Source: an uncultured Chitinophagales bacterium
GTDB taxonomy: Bacteria; Bacteroidota; Rhodothermia; Balneolales; DATFMH01
DNA length: 64,000 nt
Direction: 5' to 3'
NCBI GenBank assembly: GCA_964572735.1
Contig: CAZNHE010000005.1
Location: 8,170-72,169, forward strand
Shown here: in pieces, positions 46,117 to 55,532 of the stretch
Numbering within the stretch: the stretch's first letter is position 1
Layout of the letters: every line of letters starts with the position of its first letter
Program-made: the position numbers and the translations under genes
The notes under the pieces: generated by a model
What the model was told of the DNA's origin: nothing
Databases searched by the model: none
Seen by the model: the letters and a program-made list of their open reading frames with translations, nothing else

Positions 46117-47313
46117 TCATTGTTCATCCGGGCCGGCGGGCCGGGGGTAGCGTTCTTCAATTTCAGCAATAGAATCTCCGCCGAATTTCTCCAGGAATGC
46201 ATTGGCCAATACCGGGGCAATAACATTCTCAATTACTACCAGAGCCCGGGGCAGGGCGCAAACATCGGAGCGTTCATATCGTGTTTGTGCGGTTGCATGT
46301 TGGTCGATGTCCACGGTTTTCAGGGGAGTCAGCATAGTGGGGATCGGCTTCATTGCTCCCCGGATGATCAGCGGCATGCCGGTGGTCACTCCGCCTTCCA
46401 GGCCGCCGGCGCGGTTGGTGGTTCGCCGATAGGTTTCCCCGTCCCATATTATTTCGTCGTGCACCTCATGTCCGCGATGGCGGGCCGCCTCAAAACCATA
46501 GCCGATCTCCACCCCTTTCATGGCCTGGGTGCCCATAATTACCTGTGCCAGCCGGCCGTCAAGTTTCCGGTCCCAATGGACATAACTGCCCAGACCCGCC
46601 GGCAACCCGGTGACGATGATTTCATAAATCCCGCCCAGTGAACTGCCCTGTTTGCGGCAGGCCTTGATCTCCTCGACCATCTGCTCACTCAGGCCGGGAT
46701 CAAGGCAACGGACTTCCGACTCGTCGGCTGCATTCGAGACCGCCCCGGCTCCATTAATCGCCAGAGCCTGCACGCGTTCCCGGGCTTCTTCCCAGTCTTC
46801 ATCGCCGATCTTGCCGATGCGCAATACATGTCCCCCGATTTGTATCCCGAAATACCGCAGGAACGACCGTGCGATGGCACAGCAGGCCACACGGGCACCC
46901 GTTTCCCGCGCGCTGGAACGTTCTATTACGGGACGTATATCATTGAAACGGTATTTTTGTACACCCACCAGATCCGCATGTCCCGGCCGGGGCATGGTGA
47001 TGCGCTCCACACCTTCGCCGGCGCCTTCTTTGGCCATTACGACCGGCCAGCCCGCTTTATCCTTTTCATAAGCCCGGTTGATGAGCCGCAGCGCAATAGG
47101 TCCTCCCATCGTATGGCCGAAGCGTACACCTGAAGTGATTACGGCGCGGTCTTTCTCAAACGCCATTCTTCCGCCGCGCCCGTATCCCTTCTGGCGGCGC
47201 GCCAGCTGCAGGGCAATTTCGTCCTCGGTTAAAGGCAACCCTGCCGGTACACCTTCCACAACACCGGTGAGTTCCGGCCCGTGTGATTCTCCTGCCGTGA
47301 GATATCGAATCAT
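46117..47313 (-). CDS. aroC: Chorismate synthase
   Basis: The motifs MIRYLTAGESHGPELTGVVEGVPAG, GGGRSSARET-like (RSSARETGARV) and GGISNG-like (GGLEGGVTTG) are present. Confidence 0.95.
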   Translation of the reverse strand: MIRYLTAGESHGPELTGVVEGVPAGLPLTEDEIALQLARRQKGYGRGGRMAFEKDRAVITSGVRFGHTMGGPIALRLINRAYEKDKAGWPVVMAKEGAGEGVERITMPRPGHADLVGVQKYRFNDIRPVIERSSARETGARVACCAIARSFLRYFGIQIGGHVLRIGKIGDEDWEEARERVQALAINGAGAVSNAADESEVRCLDPGLSEQMVEEIKACRKQGSSLGGIYEIIVTGLPAGLGSYVHWDRKLDGRLAQVIMGTQAMKGVEIGYGFEAARHRGHEVHDEIIWDGETYRRTTNRAGGLEGGVTTGMPLIIRGAMKPIPTMLTPLKTVDIDQHATAQTRYERSDVCALPRALVVIENVIAPVLANAFLEKFGGDSIAEIEERYPRPAGPDEQ

Positions 47314-47615
47314 GTTTGTTTGGTTTTCATCTGTCTCCGGATTCGGTCAATGCACCCGTTATTTATAGTCCGGGATAGGACATCTCTGCGAAGTATACGA
47401 GGATTACACCGGTGTGCCAATTCTCGCCCGGCTCCTGGTTTTCAGGACCGGCCCGCTCCCGAAAAAGCGTTCGCAATACCGATTTGCGAATAACAACCGG
47501 TTTGCTGATATCCTACAGGTTATGAAATCTGTTTCCAATATAATAAGTCCGGCGGTTAATATGCGTTTTTGCGCGAAAAATGCTTCACCTCATAAGAACG
47601 ATGATTGTAGGGGAG

Positions 47616-47650
47616 GTTGCAAGTTGAAGGTTGAAGGTTGAAGGTTGAAA
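47616..47650. repeat. Heptanucleotide tandem repeat (GTTGAAG/GGTTGAA), about 4-5 copies
   Basis: The sequence ggttgcaa gttgaag gttgaag gttgaag gttgaaa lies in the aroC/porQ-like intergenic region. Confidence 0.85.
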
Positions 47651-47749
47651 TTGGGGCCTGAGAATTGATTGTTGAAAATTCAGGAATTATCCCGGGCAGG
47701 GTTCGGCAGACGACCTTTCGCGAGTCATCCTTTTCCATTAACCGCGAAC

Positions 47750-48727
47750 CTATAATTCACTTTGGATGCTTATCTGCAGGATTCCGCCGGCATCGCCCCA
47801 GCCGCTGCGGCTGATCCCGAAGCGCAGGCGGCTTGTATGAATAAGGAGACCGATGCTGGTGCCTGCCAGATCAATGCGATTATCCGATTTCAGATCTTCG
47901 TGCTGCAAGCGATTGTACCCCAGGGCGAGCTGAACATCGTCGCTAAATAGCAATTCGACCCCCAGCTCCATATGGCGCAAAAGGTTCTGGGAAAAAACCG
48001 GAGGATGTGTATCGCTGACCGACGGCAGCTGCCAGCGGTTCAGCGAATGTGCCGTCAGTGAGAGGCGGAGCGGCATGTGTTCGAGGCGTTTGGTAACACC
48101 AAGACGTATGTCGAGAGGCAACGGCTCGTTTCGGGTATCAAACCGCTGGATTTGTGTGCCGAGATTTGTGATTGATGCACCCACTATAAGATCCTCATCC
48201 GGAACGCCATACCATATCCCTGCGAGAACACCGGCCGCAGCCGACCGGTATTGCCCATAGGATGAACGAATCAGAGTAATGCCACCTGCATAACGCAGAT
48301 TCGGCAGCAGGTTCCGGCTCAAAATTACACTCAGGGCCATGTCGTAAGCCGGAAACGTACCCAGCCGGTTTCCCGCCGCATCCGCGCGGATGAGCTTGCC
48401 GTAATTGAGATACCTCAGCTCCCCGCCCAGAGTCCCGATATGCGGGAAATTCCAGGCTCCGCTCACGGTTCCCATATTAATGTCGGCGATATGGTTCACA
48501 TAGGATAAGGCAAAATGCCGGTGGTCATCGGCACTGACGTATGCAGGGTTGAGCTCCAGCATCGTGAAATCACCTCCCTTCAGAGATACGCCGTCGCCGC
48601 CTAATGCTGCCGCGTAAGCCGTGGGCGGCATGAGCAAAAAACGATACGTAGCATGAATGGCAGACTGGCCCATAGCTGTGAGGGGCATAAAAGCCATGGC
48701 CAGCCAGATTGTTAATTTCCGGCGCAT
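47750..48727 (-). CDS. Outer-membrane beta-barrel protein resembling T9SS PorQ (PorP/PorQ superfamily)
   Basis: The signal peptide is MRRKLTIWLAMAFMPLTAMGQ. The near-N-terminal motif is TAYAAALGG, compared with the family pattern SAR..ALGG recalled from memory. Beta-strand patterning is present. The ORF track opens at 48775. Confidence 0.5.
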   Translation of the reverse strand: MRRKLTIWLAMAFMPLTAMGQSAIHATYRFLLMPPTAYAAALGGDGVSLKGGDFTMLELNPAYVSADDHRHFALSYVNHIADINMGTVSGAWNFPHIGTLGGELRYLNYGKLIRADAAGNRLGTFPAYDMALSVILSRNLLPNLRYAGGITLIRSSYGQYRSAAAGVLAGIWYGVPDEDLIVGASITNLGTQIQRFDTRNEPLPLDIRLGVTKRLEHMPLRLSLTAHSLNRWQLPSVSDTHPPVFSQNLLRHMELGVELLFSDDVQLALGYNRLQHEDLKSDNRIDLAGTSIGLLIHTSRLRFGISRSGWGDAGGILQISIQSEL

Positions 48728-48775
48728 CTGAAGATTAGCTGGGTTACATTCATCAAATGGGGTAATATAATCCAA

Positions 48776-48793
48776 ATTTCATGCGCATGAAAT
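48776..48793. promoter_or_regulatory. Perfect 18-bp palindrome ATTTCATGCGCATGAAAT; candidate operator
   Basis: The sequence is self-complementary over all 18 nt. It lies about 50 nt upstream of the preferred porQ-like start, in the region divergent from mlaE. Confidence 0.3.
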
Positions 48794-49091
48794 GCGAAAG
48801 AGACCGTATATTAGGCGGAATATTGTGCGTTGAGGCGGTCGGTTTTATATCCATTCTGTCAGGGTGTAAGGATGGCGGACAATCTTGCCGTTCCGGTTGC
48901 CTTTGCACCCCTGGTGTTTCCTAAAGAAATTACACAGAGGGAGAATTTGACGATGAATTAATCAATTTAGAAATAGGCAAAGGTTACATACAAAGAAAAA
49001 ACACATCGTGTTATATTATGCTAAATGTAGTACTCTAAGTATTTTAAGTACTCTAAACTTTGTTCATGACGATTCCATAACAGAATAACTC

Positions 49092-49829
49092 ATGAATCTA
49101 TTTGAAGAATTAGGACAATACTGCCAGCTCCTGTACAAGACGCTGCTTTCGTCCACCGAGTTTAGAACGTATGGGAACAATTTTCTGAGTGAGATGGTCA
49201 AGACCGGTTATGATTCCTTGCCCATTATCTTACTGATAGGGGTGTTTACCGGTTCGGTGATGACTATTCAGACAGCCTATCAGTTGCAGACATCCCTGAT
49301 TCCCAAGTCGACGATAGGGGCTATTGTTACCGAATCAACGCTTATCGAGCTGGCTGCGGTGATCAGCAGTCTGGTGCTGGCCGGCCGGGTCGGCGCGCGT
49401 ATGGCTACGGAACTGGGAACGATGAGAGTTTCCGAGCAAATTGATGCACTTGAATCGATGGGGTTCAATTCGGTTACGTATCTGGTGATGCCGCGGCTGC
49501 TGGCCGGTATCGTGATGTTTCCTATTCTCTATATCTTCGCTGCAACATCGGGAATCCTGGGGGGTGTCTTTTCCGGGGCTTTGCTGGGAACCCTGGCTCC
49601 GGCCGAATTCATGACCGGTGCCCAGCAGTATTTTTATGGATCGGATGTCGTTTTCGGATTGACCAAGTCGCTGGTTTTTGGATTCATCATCATTTCTGTA
49701 TCCTGTTACAAGGGATATTACGCCACCGGCGGGGCAGAAGGCGTCGGGAAAGCTACTACACAGGCGACGGTCCTGAGTTGTATCTATATCCTTTTCGCCG
49801 ATTTGATCCTCGCAAGTGTTCTCTTATAA
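49092..49829 (+). CDS. mlaE: MlaE-family ABC transporter permease
   Basis: The 245-aa polytopic ORF has TRVSEQIDALESMG-like (MRVSEQIDALESMGF) and is followed by ATPase and MCE genes. Confidence 0.88.
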   Translation: MNLFEELGQYCQLLYKTLLSSTEFRTYGNNFLSEMVKTGYDSLPIILLIGVFTGSVMTIQTAYQLQTSLIPKSTIGAIVTESTLIELAAVISSLVLAGRVGARMATELGTMRVSEQIDALESMGFNSVTYLVMPRLLAGIVMFPILYIFAATSGILGGVFSGALLGTLAPAEFMTGAQQYFYGSDVVFGLTKSLVFGFIIISVSCYKGYYATGGAEGVGKATTQATVLSCIYILFADLILASVLL

Positions 49830-49997
49830 AGAAGTTGCCGGAGAGGAGGTTTTGCAGGAAATATTTCTCCACCGGGAATTGAGTCCTTGCCTGTTTCCGA
49901 AACCTGTCGGGACTTTCACCCCGCTCGGACTACAGTTCGCAAAAATAGTTATTTTGGGATTATTCCGGGATAATAACCAGGTTTGTAATTTTCGACT

Positions 49998-50735
49998 ATG
50001 ATTGAAATCAGAAATCTGACAAAGAGCTTTGGCCCGAATCTGATCTGGCGGAACGTCAATCTTGATGTGTATGACGGGGAGACACTGGCAGTGATCGGGA
50101 AATCGGGTTCCGGAAAATCGGTGCTTTTGAAGCATTTCAACGCACTGCTTTATCCTGACGAAGGTTTTATCCGGATTGACGGGAAAAATATTTTTGAGCA
50201 GGATTATGTAAACCTTCGCAGGCTCCGGCAACGTTTCGGGGTTTTGTTCCAGGGGGCTGCGCTTTTTGATTCCATCAGTGCTTACGAAAATGTGGCTTTT
50301 CCATTGCGTTACTTCACGAAGATGAATGAAGATGAGATTCGGGAACGCGCCATGAAAAGCCTTGCCATGGTGGGACTGGAAGACATCGGTAATAAATCCA
50401 CTGCCGAGCTTTCGGGCGGGATGCGTAAACGCGTCGGACTCGCCCGGGCCATTGTTACCGAACCGGATTATTTATTGTATGACGAACCTACCTCCGGTCT
50501 GGATCCTCTCACTTCCGATGAAATCAATGATTTAATTAATTATATGGCAGACAGCCTCGATATTACCTCGATTGTAGTTACCCATGATATTCACAGTGTA
50601 TTGAAGGTTGCCGATAAAGCGGCATATATTGACAATCAGGAGATCAGTTGGTCGGGTACTATTGAAGAGATGCAGAATTCCGACCAGGAAAATCTTAGAG
50701 AATTTATCAAAGCGTCGGAATATATGATCGCTTAA
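49998..50735 (+). CDS. mlaF: MlaF-like ABC transporter ATP-binding protein
   Basis: Walker A GKSGSGKSV, the signature LSGGMRKRVGLARA and Walker B LLYDEPTSGLD are present. Confidence 0.9.
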   Translation: MIEIRNLTKSFGPNLIWRNVNLDVYDGETLAVIGKSGSGKSVLLKHFNALLYPDEGFIRIDGKNIFEQDYVNLRRLRQRFGVLFQGAALFDSISAYENVAFPLRYFTKMNEDEIRERAMKSLAMVGLEDIGNKSTAELSGGMRKRVGLARAIVTEPDYLLYDEPTSGLDPLTSDEINDLINYMADSLDITSIVVTHDIHSVLKVADKAAYIDNQEISWSGTIEEMQNSDQENLREFIKASEYMIA

Positions 50736-50762
50736 TGCATTCTATAACCAAAGACAGATATT

Positions 50763-51692
50763 TTGAAGTTCACCAAAAATGAAGTTAAGATTGGCCTGAC
50801 CATTATCGTGGCCTTGATTATCGCAGTGCTTGGGTTTCGCTTCATGCGGAGAATCCCTCTTTTTCAATCCTCCATAAATCTGGTTTCGGTTTTCCCGCAA
50901 GTGAACGGACTGACGGCAGGGAAACCGGTTATGATCAATGGAGTCGGTGTGGGAGCGGTCAAGAGTGTGCTGCTGCTGCCGAGTGACAGTGTTCAGGTGA
51001 TACTGAACATTAATAATCAACTACATATCTCGTCCGATTCCAAAGCGTATATTACCACCATTGATTTGCTGGGCGATAAAGCCGTGGTCATTAAAGAAGG
51101 TACGTCCGCCCGGTCGCTGGGTGACGGCGACCGTATAGCCGGTGTCTATTCGGAAGGAACGTTTGGAAAGATCTCCAGCGCCGGATTGTCAATCAGCAAG
51201 AAAGTGGCGCAGGTTTCCTCCAATGTTGATGTTTTGGTGCAGAATCTCAACCATATCTTTACAAAAAGTACGGGACAGGATCTGAACGGGATGCTGAGTA
51301 ATCTTCAACAAAGCAGCAAACAGCTTAATGAAATCCTGAAAAAGAAGAACCATGATATTCAGGCTTCCATCACGCACATTCGCAATATCCTTGGCACGGT
51401 TGATACACTCAGTGCCGATAACCGGCAAAAGCTGGATTCGCTGTTGACGAATCTTCAACAAAGTTCGAAAAACCTGAACCATATGTCGGGTCAGCTTAAC
51501 CAGGCATCCGGCCAGCTCAATCAGATACTCACCAAGATTAACAGCGGCCGGGGCACGCTTGGCAGACTGGTGAATGACGATGACCTCTACCGTAACCTCG
51601 ACAGCCTTTCCTATCGCCTCCAAAAGACGCTGACTCATTTCGAGAAGCATCCACAGGATTACCTGCGTTACATAACGATCAAACTATTCTGA
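50763..51692 (+). CDS. mlaD: MlaD/MCE-domain protein with a coiled-coil C-terminal extension
   Basis: It has an N-terminal TM segment, the MCE pattern GLTAGKPVMINGVGVGAVKSV and repeats of LQQSSK.LN. Confidence 0.8.
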   Translation: MKFTKNEVKIGLTIIVALIIAVLGFRFMRRIPLFQSSINLVSVFPQVNGLTAGKPVMINGVGVGAVKSVLLLPSDSVQVILNINNQLHISSDSKAYITTIDLLGDKAVVIKEGTSARSLGDGDRIAGVYSEGTFGKISSAGLSISKKVAQVSSNVDVLVQNLNHIFTKSTGQDLNGMLSNLQQSSKQLNEILKKKNHDIQASITHIRNILGTVDTLSADNRQKLDSLLTNLQQSSKNLNHMSGQLNQASGQLNQILTKINSGRGTLGRLVNDDDLYRNLDSLSYRLQKTLTHFEKHPQDYLRYITIKLF

Positions 51693-51828
51693 ATTTGAAT
51701 ACATGATAAGGCTGCGCTTGTTCGTTGCTCTTGGTAAGGGCAAATAGTATATTTTGAAGCTTATTCAAAAAAATACCTGTTTCTCAATCTTCAGTTAGCA
51801 TCGATTAACACCATCTAAAAGGTTTTTC

Positions 51829-53613
51829 ATGGGTGTAATGGAAAAAATGAGAGCCAGTACGAAGTATATTCTCTGGCTCCTGATTATTTCGTTCGGCGTC
51901 TTGTGGAGCCTCAGCGGCACCAAAGTCTTCGACTCCATCATGGGCGGCCCGAACAATCTGGGTTCGGTAAACGGCCATCCTATTTCTATTGAAGCGTATA
52001 ATCAACTGCTTAATAATTACCTGGAACGGGCAGGAACCCAGAATACCAACGCCTCTTCGGGAGAGATGCAGGCTTATTATGAGAATCTTGCATGGAATCA
52101 ACTGGTGCTGAATCAGATCCTTAAAGACAAAATGGACCAGCTCGGCATCACTGTCACCGATGCCGAGGTTGTGAATATGGTGACCGGGAAGAATCCCGAT
52201 CCTCTTATTGCACGGCAATTCCGCAAGAAAGACGGTTCCATCGATCGGGTAGCACTGCAGGCTGCTATCAATGCTCCTGAAAATACGCAGGCATGGCTTG
52301 CCATCGAACATCAGTTGCGGGATAAGCGCCGCCGGGAAAAACTGGGTAATTATATTCAAACGGCACTTCCGGTCAGCCGGCTCCAGGTGGAGCAGGAATG
52401 GATGCGCGAACATTCAAGCATCGATTTCAACTTTGTACGCTTTCCTTATGCCTCTATCCCGGATTCAACTATCCGGGTTTCCGAAACAGACCTGCGGAAT
52501 TACTACAATCATCATCTGAATGAATTCCACCGCGCCAAAACCTGGAATTTTGATTATGTCACTTTCAGCAAAGCACCTACTCATGAGGATACCGTACGTA
52601 CCATAAAGGAGATTAAGGATCTGCGTGATGATTTTGAAGCTGCTAAAAATGATTCCCTGTTTCTGGCTGATAACCAGTCGGCAACACCGTTCAACGGATC
52701 CTGGATAAAGAAGTCGGAGATCGGAAAACCTTACGACGTTGTCCTCAATATGAAGACCGGTGATGTCAGCGAACCCATCCGGCTAGGCGGCCGCGTTCAT
52801 CTGATCAAGAAACTGGGAGAACGCACCCGGAATGGGGAAGAAGAAGTCCGTTTTGCCGATATGAGTAGGGATATTATCGCCGACCCTGTCAAGACGGTAG
52901 ATAAAGTGGCTTCAAATGCCGATGATTTCAGCTATTATGCAAGCCAGACAAGTTTCCAGGCAGAAGCCCAGAAAGAAAACCTGGAGGTGCATCACACGCT
53001 GGCTACAGAGGGCACGCCTTTCATACCGGGCATCGGCCAGAGCCAGCAAATCCTCAATGCTCTGGAACGCGCCAAAGTAGGAGAGGTCTCCAAAACGATC
53101 GAACTGCCTAATGAGTTCGTGATCTTCAAGATTACCAATGTACAGCCGGAGGGAATCCGCCCCCTCAGCGATGTAAAAGAGCAGATCCTGCCGGCCGTAC
53201 GTTCAGAGCTTCGTCAAAATAGGCTGGTCAAAAAGGTCAGTGCTTCTATGCAGCAGGATACGACACTCGAGAGCCTGGCCAAAGCCAGCCGGAAGAAGGT
53301 TGGAACGGCTGAAGGAGTGCTGCTCAGCAGTCAGTTTATCGAAGGCGGCGGACGTGAGCCGGAAGTTATCGGGCGGGCATTCAATCTTCCGCTCAATAAA
53401 GTTGCGGGTCCCGTTGCAGGTGAATCAGCGGTCTATGTTATCAAGGTGACCAAACGGACCATACCCGATTCTACAAAGATCTCTGCAACCGACCGGAGCC
53501 GCATCCGCAAGCAGCTTGAGCAGCAAAAACAAAGTGCTTACGGGCGCGTATGGGTCGATCAGCTTAAACAGAATGCCGATATTGTTGATAACCGTGCACA
53601 ATTGCTGCACTGA
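51829..53613 (+). CDS. ppiD: PpiD/SurA-like periplasmic chaperone (parvulin-type PPIase family)
   Basis: The N-terminus MEKMRASTKYILWLLIISFGVLW (single TM) is typical of PpiD. It has SurA-N-like and degenerate parvulin segments. Confidence 0.7.
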   Translation: MGVMEKMRASTKYILWLLIISFGVLWSLSGTKVFDSIMGGPNNLGSVNGHPISIEAYNQLLNNYLERAGTQNTNASSGEMQAYYENLAWNQLVLNQILKDKMDQLGITVTDAEVVNMVTGKNPDPLIARQFRKKDGSIDRVALQAAINAPENTQAWLAIEHQLRDKRRREKLGNYIQTALPVSRLQVEQEWMREHSSIDFNFVRFPYASIPDSTIRVSETDLRNYYNHHLNEFHRAKTWNFDYVTFSKAPTHEDTVRTIKEIKDLRDDFEAAKNDSLFLADNQSATPFNGSWIKKSEIGKPYDVVLNMKTGDVSEPIRLGGRVHLIKKLGERTRNGEEEVRFADMSRDIIADPVKTVDKVASNADDFSYYASQTSFQAEAQKENLEVHHTLATEGTPFIPGIGQSQQILNALERAKVGEVSKTIELPNEFVIFKITNVQPEGIRPLSDVKEQILPAVRSELRQNRLVKKVSASMQQDTTLESLAKASRKKVGTAEGVLLSSQFIEGGGREPEVIGRAFNLPLNKVAGPVAGESAVYVIKVTKRTIPDSTKISATDRSRIRKQLEQQKQSAYGRVWVDQLKQNADIVDNRAQLLH

Positions 53614-53631
53614 TCAGGGATATTCGATGCC

Positions 53632-53665
53632 AAAGGCAGGGTGGATTTCCATTCTGCCTTTTTTG
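53632..53665 (+). terminator. Rho-independent terminator after ppiD
   Basis: AAAGGCAG (53632-53639) pairs with CTGCCTTT (53654-53661), followed by a T-run to 53664. Confidence 0.7.
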
Positions 53666-53736
53666 TTCCGGGGCGTCTGCCTTTTGCTTTGGGCTTGCGG
53701 CAGACGTTATGTAGTTTTGGGAAGAGATATAGTAAC

Positions 53737-54876
53737 ATGACGATGCCATCTACCGGTATTTTTACTCCTGAAGATGTAAAATGGATGAAACAGGCCTTCG
53801 AGATTGCCCGGAAAGGCAGGGGATATGTTGCGCCAAATCCGCTTGTCGGGTGCATCATCGTATCCAAAGACGGCAGGAAGATCGGTGCGGGGTTTCATGC
53901 ACGTTACGGAGAGGCGCACGCGGAGGTCAATGCCCTGAACTCAGTGAAAGAACCGGCCGATCTGGTGGATGCCACGGTTTATGTTACTCTTGAACCCTGC
54001 TCCCATCATGGGAAAACCCCGCCATGTGCCCGGGCGTTAGGTGAAATACCGGTAAAGCGCATTGTGGTTTCTATGGTAGATCCGAATCCGGCAGTCAACG
54101 GCAAGGGCATCAGGGCGTTGCGAAGAGCCGGTAAAAGGGTGGATGTGGGGTTAATGGAAGAAGAAGCCGGACAGCTTAATGAGTTTTTCATCTATTTTCA
54201 GCGGTATCACAAGCCGTTCGTAACGCTGAAAATAGCTCAGACGCTCGACGGATATATTGCAGCGCCAAACGGAGAATCGCGCTGGATTACGGGCGACGAA
54301 GCGCGCCGGAGGGTACATCAGTGGCGCAGCGAATATGATGCCGTGATGATCGGGAGAAATACGGCGCTGCTGGATAATCCGCGGCTTACCGTACGCGAGG
54401 TGGAAGGACGCCAGCCTTATCGCGTTGTGATCGACGGTAACCTGAGCCTTCCACACGAGCTCGACCTGTTCACTGATCAACATGAGGAGAAAACCGTTGT
54501 AATCACTCATAATAAGGAGAAAGCCGGTGATGTCGCAGATCCCGCACTCCGGCTTCTGCAGCCGAATTACTTTCGCGGTAAAACCATCCTGGTGCCGGAG
54601 GTTGACGGTCACTCGGATCTGGATCAGGCGCTGGATCGTTTGGCGGAAATCCCGATCACTTCGGTCCTGGTGGAAGCGGGCAGCCGGCTCGCCAGCGTAA
54701 TGATCCGGAATAACATGGCAGACAAGCTTCATTTGTTTGCCGCGCCCAGGCTGCTGGGCGGCGGTACCCGTTCGATCATCGGCCTCGGCATCGACCGCAT
54801 TGACGAAGCGATCACGTTTCGTAGAACGGAATGGGAGCAGGTTGGCAAAGATCTTTTATTTACCGGCTATTTTTAA
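53737..54876 (+). CDS. ribD: Bifunctional riboflavin biosynthesis deaminase/reductase RibD
   Basis: The deaminase motifs are HAEVNAL and PCSHHGKTPPC; the reductase part has TLKIAQTLDGYIA. The ATG at 53737 is preferred because the ORF-track start at 53641 lies inside the ppiD terminator. Confidence 0.92.
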   Translation: MTMPSTGIFTPEDVKWMKQAFEIARKGRGYVAPNPLVGCIIVSKDGRKIGAGFHARYGEAHAEVNALNSVKEPADLVDATVYVTLEPCSHHGKTPPCARALGEIPVKRIVVSMVDPNPAVNGKGIRALRRAGKRVDVGLMEEEAGQLNEFFIYFQRYHKPFVTLKIAQTLDGYIAAPNGESRWITGDEARRRVHQWRSEYDAVMIGRNTALLDNPRLTVREVEGRQPYRVVIDGNLSLPHELDLFTDQHEEKTVVITHNKEKAGDVADPALRLLQPNYFRGKTILVPEVDGHSDLDQALDRLAEIPITSVLVEAGSRLASVMIRNNMADKLHLFAAPRLLGGGTRSIIGLGIDRIDEAITFRRTEWEQVGKDLLFTGYF

Positions 54877-54887
54877 CGTACCAAACT

Positions 54888-55496
54888 ATGTTTACCGGAA
54901 TTATTCAGGATACAGGACACGTGCAGTCGATAGTTCCGTTTGACGACGGCCTTGAACTCACTATCCGGAGCACGCTGGCACAAAATGTGAAGCCGGACGA
55001 CAGCATCAGCATTGATGGGGTCTGTCAGACGGTGATCAGGAGTAAGGACGACCTGTTCGTCGTTCAGGCCGTCCAGGAAACACTTCGGAAAACAAACTTC
55101 GAAGCCTTGAAAGAGGGCCGGATAGTCAATCTCGAACGGCCTCTCACAATGAGCCGGTCCCTGGACGGCCACGTTGTTCTGGGACACGTGGATACCATCG
55201 GTCATATCGTTGCTATTGAGGAGGAAGGGTCGGATCGTTTGATAACCGTGAATTATCCCCCTGCTTTTGCCCGCCTTCTTGTAGGCCGTGGCAGCATTGC
55301 CGTAAACGGAATCAGCCTGACGATAGCCCGGCTTGCCGGTGAGAGTTTCACCATAGCCGTTATTCCTTATACTTTTGATCATACCAATATTCACATCCTG
55401 AAATCAGGCGATGTGGTTAATCTGGAGTTCGACATTTTAGGGAAGTATGTCGCCCGGAATATGGAATTGGGGAATCAGATCGGGAAGAAAGGCTGA
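54888..55496 (+). CDS. ribE: Riboflavin synthase (alpha chain)
   Basis: The N-terminus MFTGIIQDTGHV, the motif SISIDGVCQTV and the repeated half SIAVNGISLTI are present. The ATG at 54888 is preferred to the ORF-track start at 54831. Confidence 0.93.
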   Translation: MFTGIIQDTGHVQSIVPFDDGLELTIRSTLAQNVKPDDSISIDGVCQTVIRSKDDLFVVQAVQETLRKTNFEALKEGRIVNLERPLTMSRSLDGHVVLGHVDTIGHIVAIEEEGSDRLITVNYPPAFARLLVGRGSIAVNGISLTIARLAGESFTIAVIPYTFDHTNIHILKSGDVVNLEFDILGKYVARNMELGNQIGKKG

Positions 55497-55500
55497 AGCT

Positions 55501-55526
55501 GTCGTCCGTCTGCTGAAGCGGACGGC
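55501..55526. terminator. Bidirectional hairpin between convergent ribE and lptD
   Basis: GTCGTCCG (55501-55508) pairs with CGGACGGC (55519-55526), giving 8 bp including one G:U, around a 10-nt loop. Confidence 0.5.
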
Positions 55527-55532
55527 AAGCAA

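Noticed and set aside
53614-53736. A possible FMN riboswitch upstream of ribD-ribE.
   Set aside because: The gap is only 123 nt and is occupied by the ppiD terminator and a second simple hairpin (GTCTGCC…GGCAGAC). That leaves no room for, and shows no sequence of, the ~140-nt six-stem FMN aptamer.
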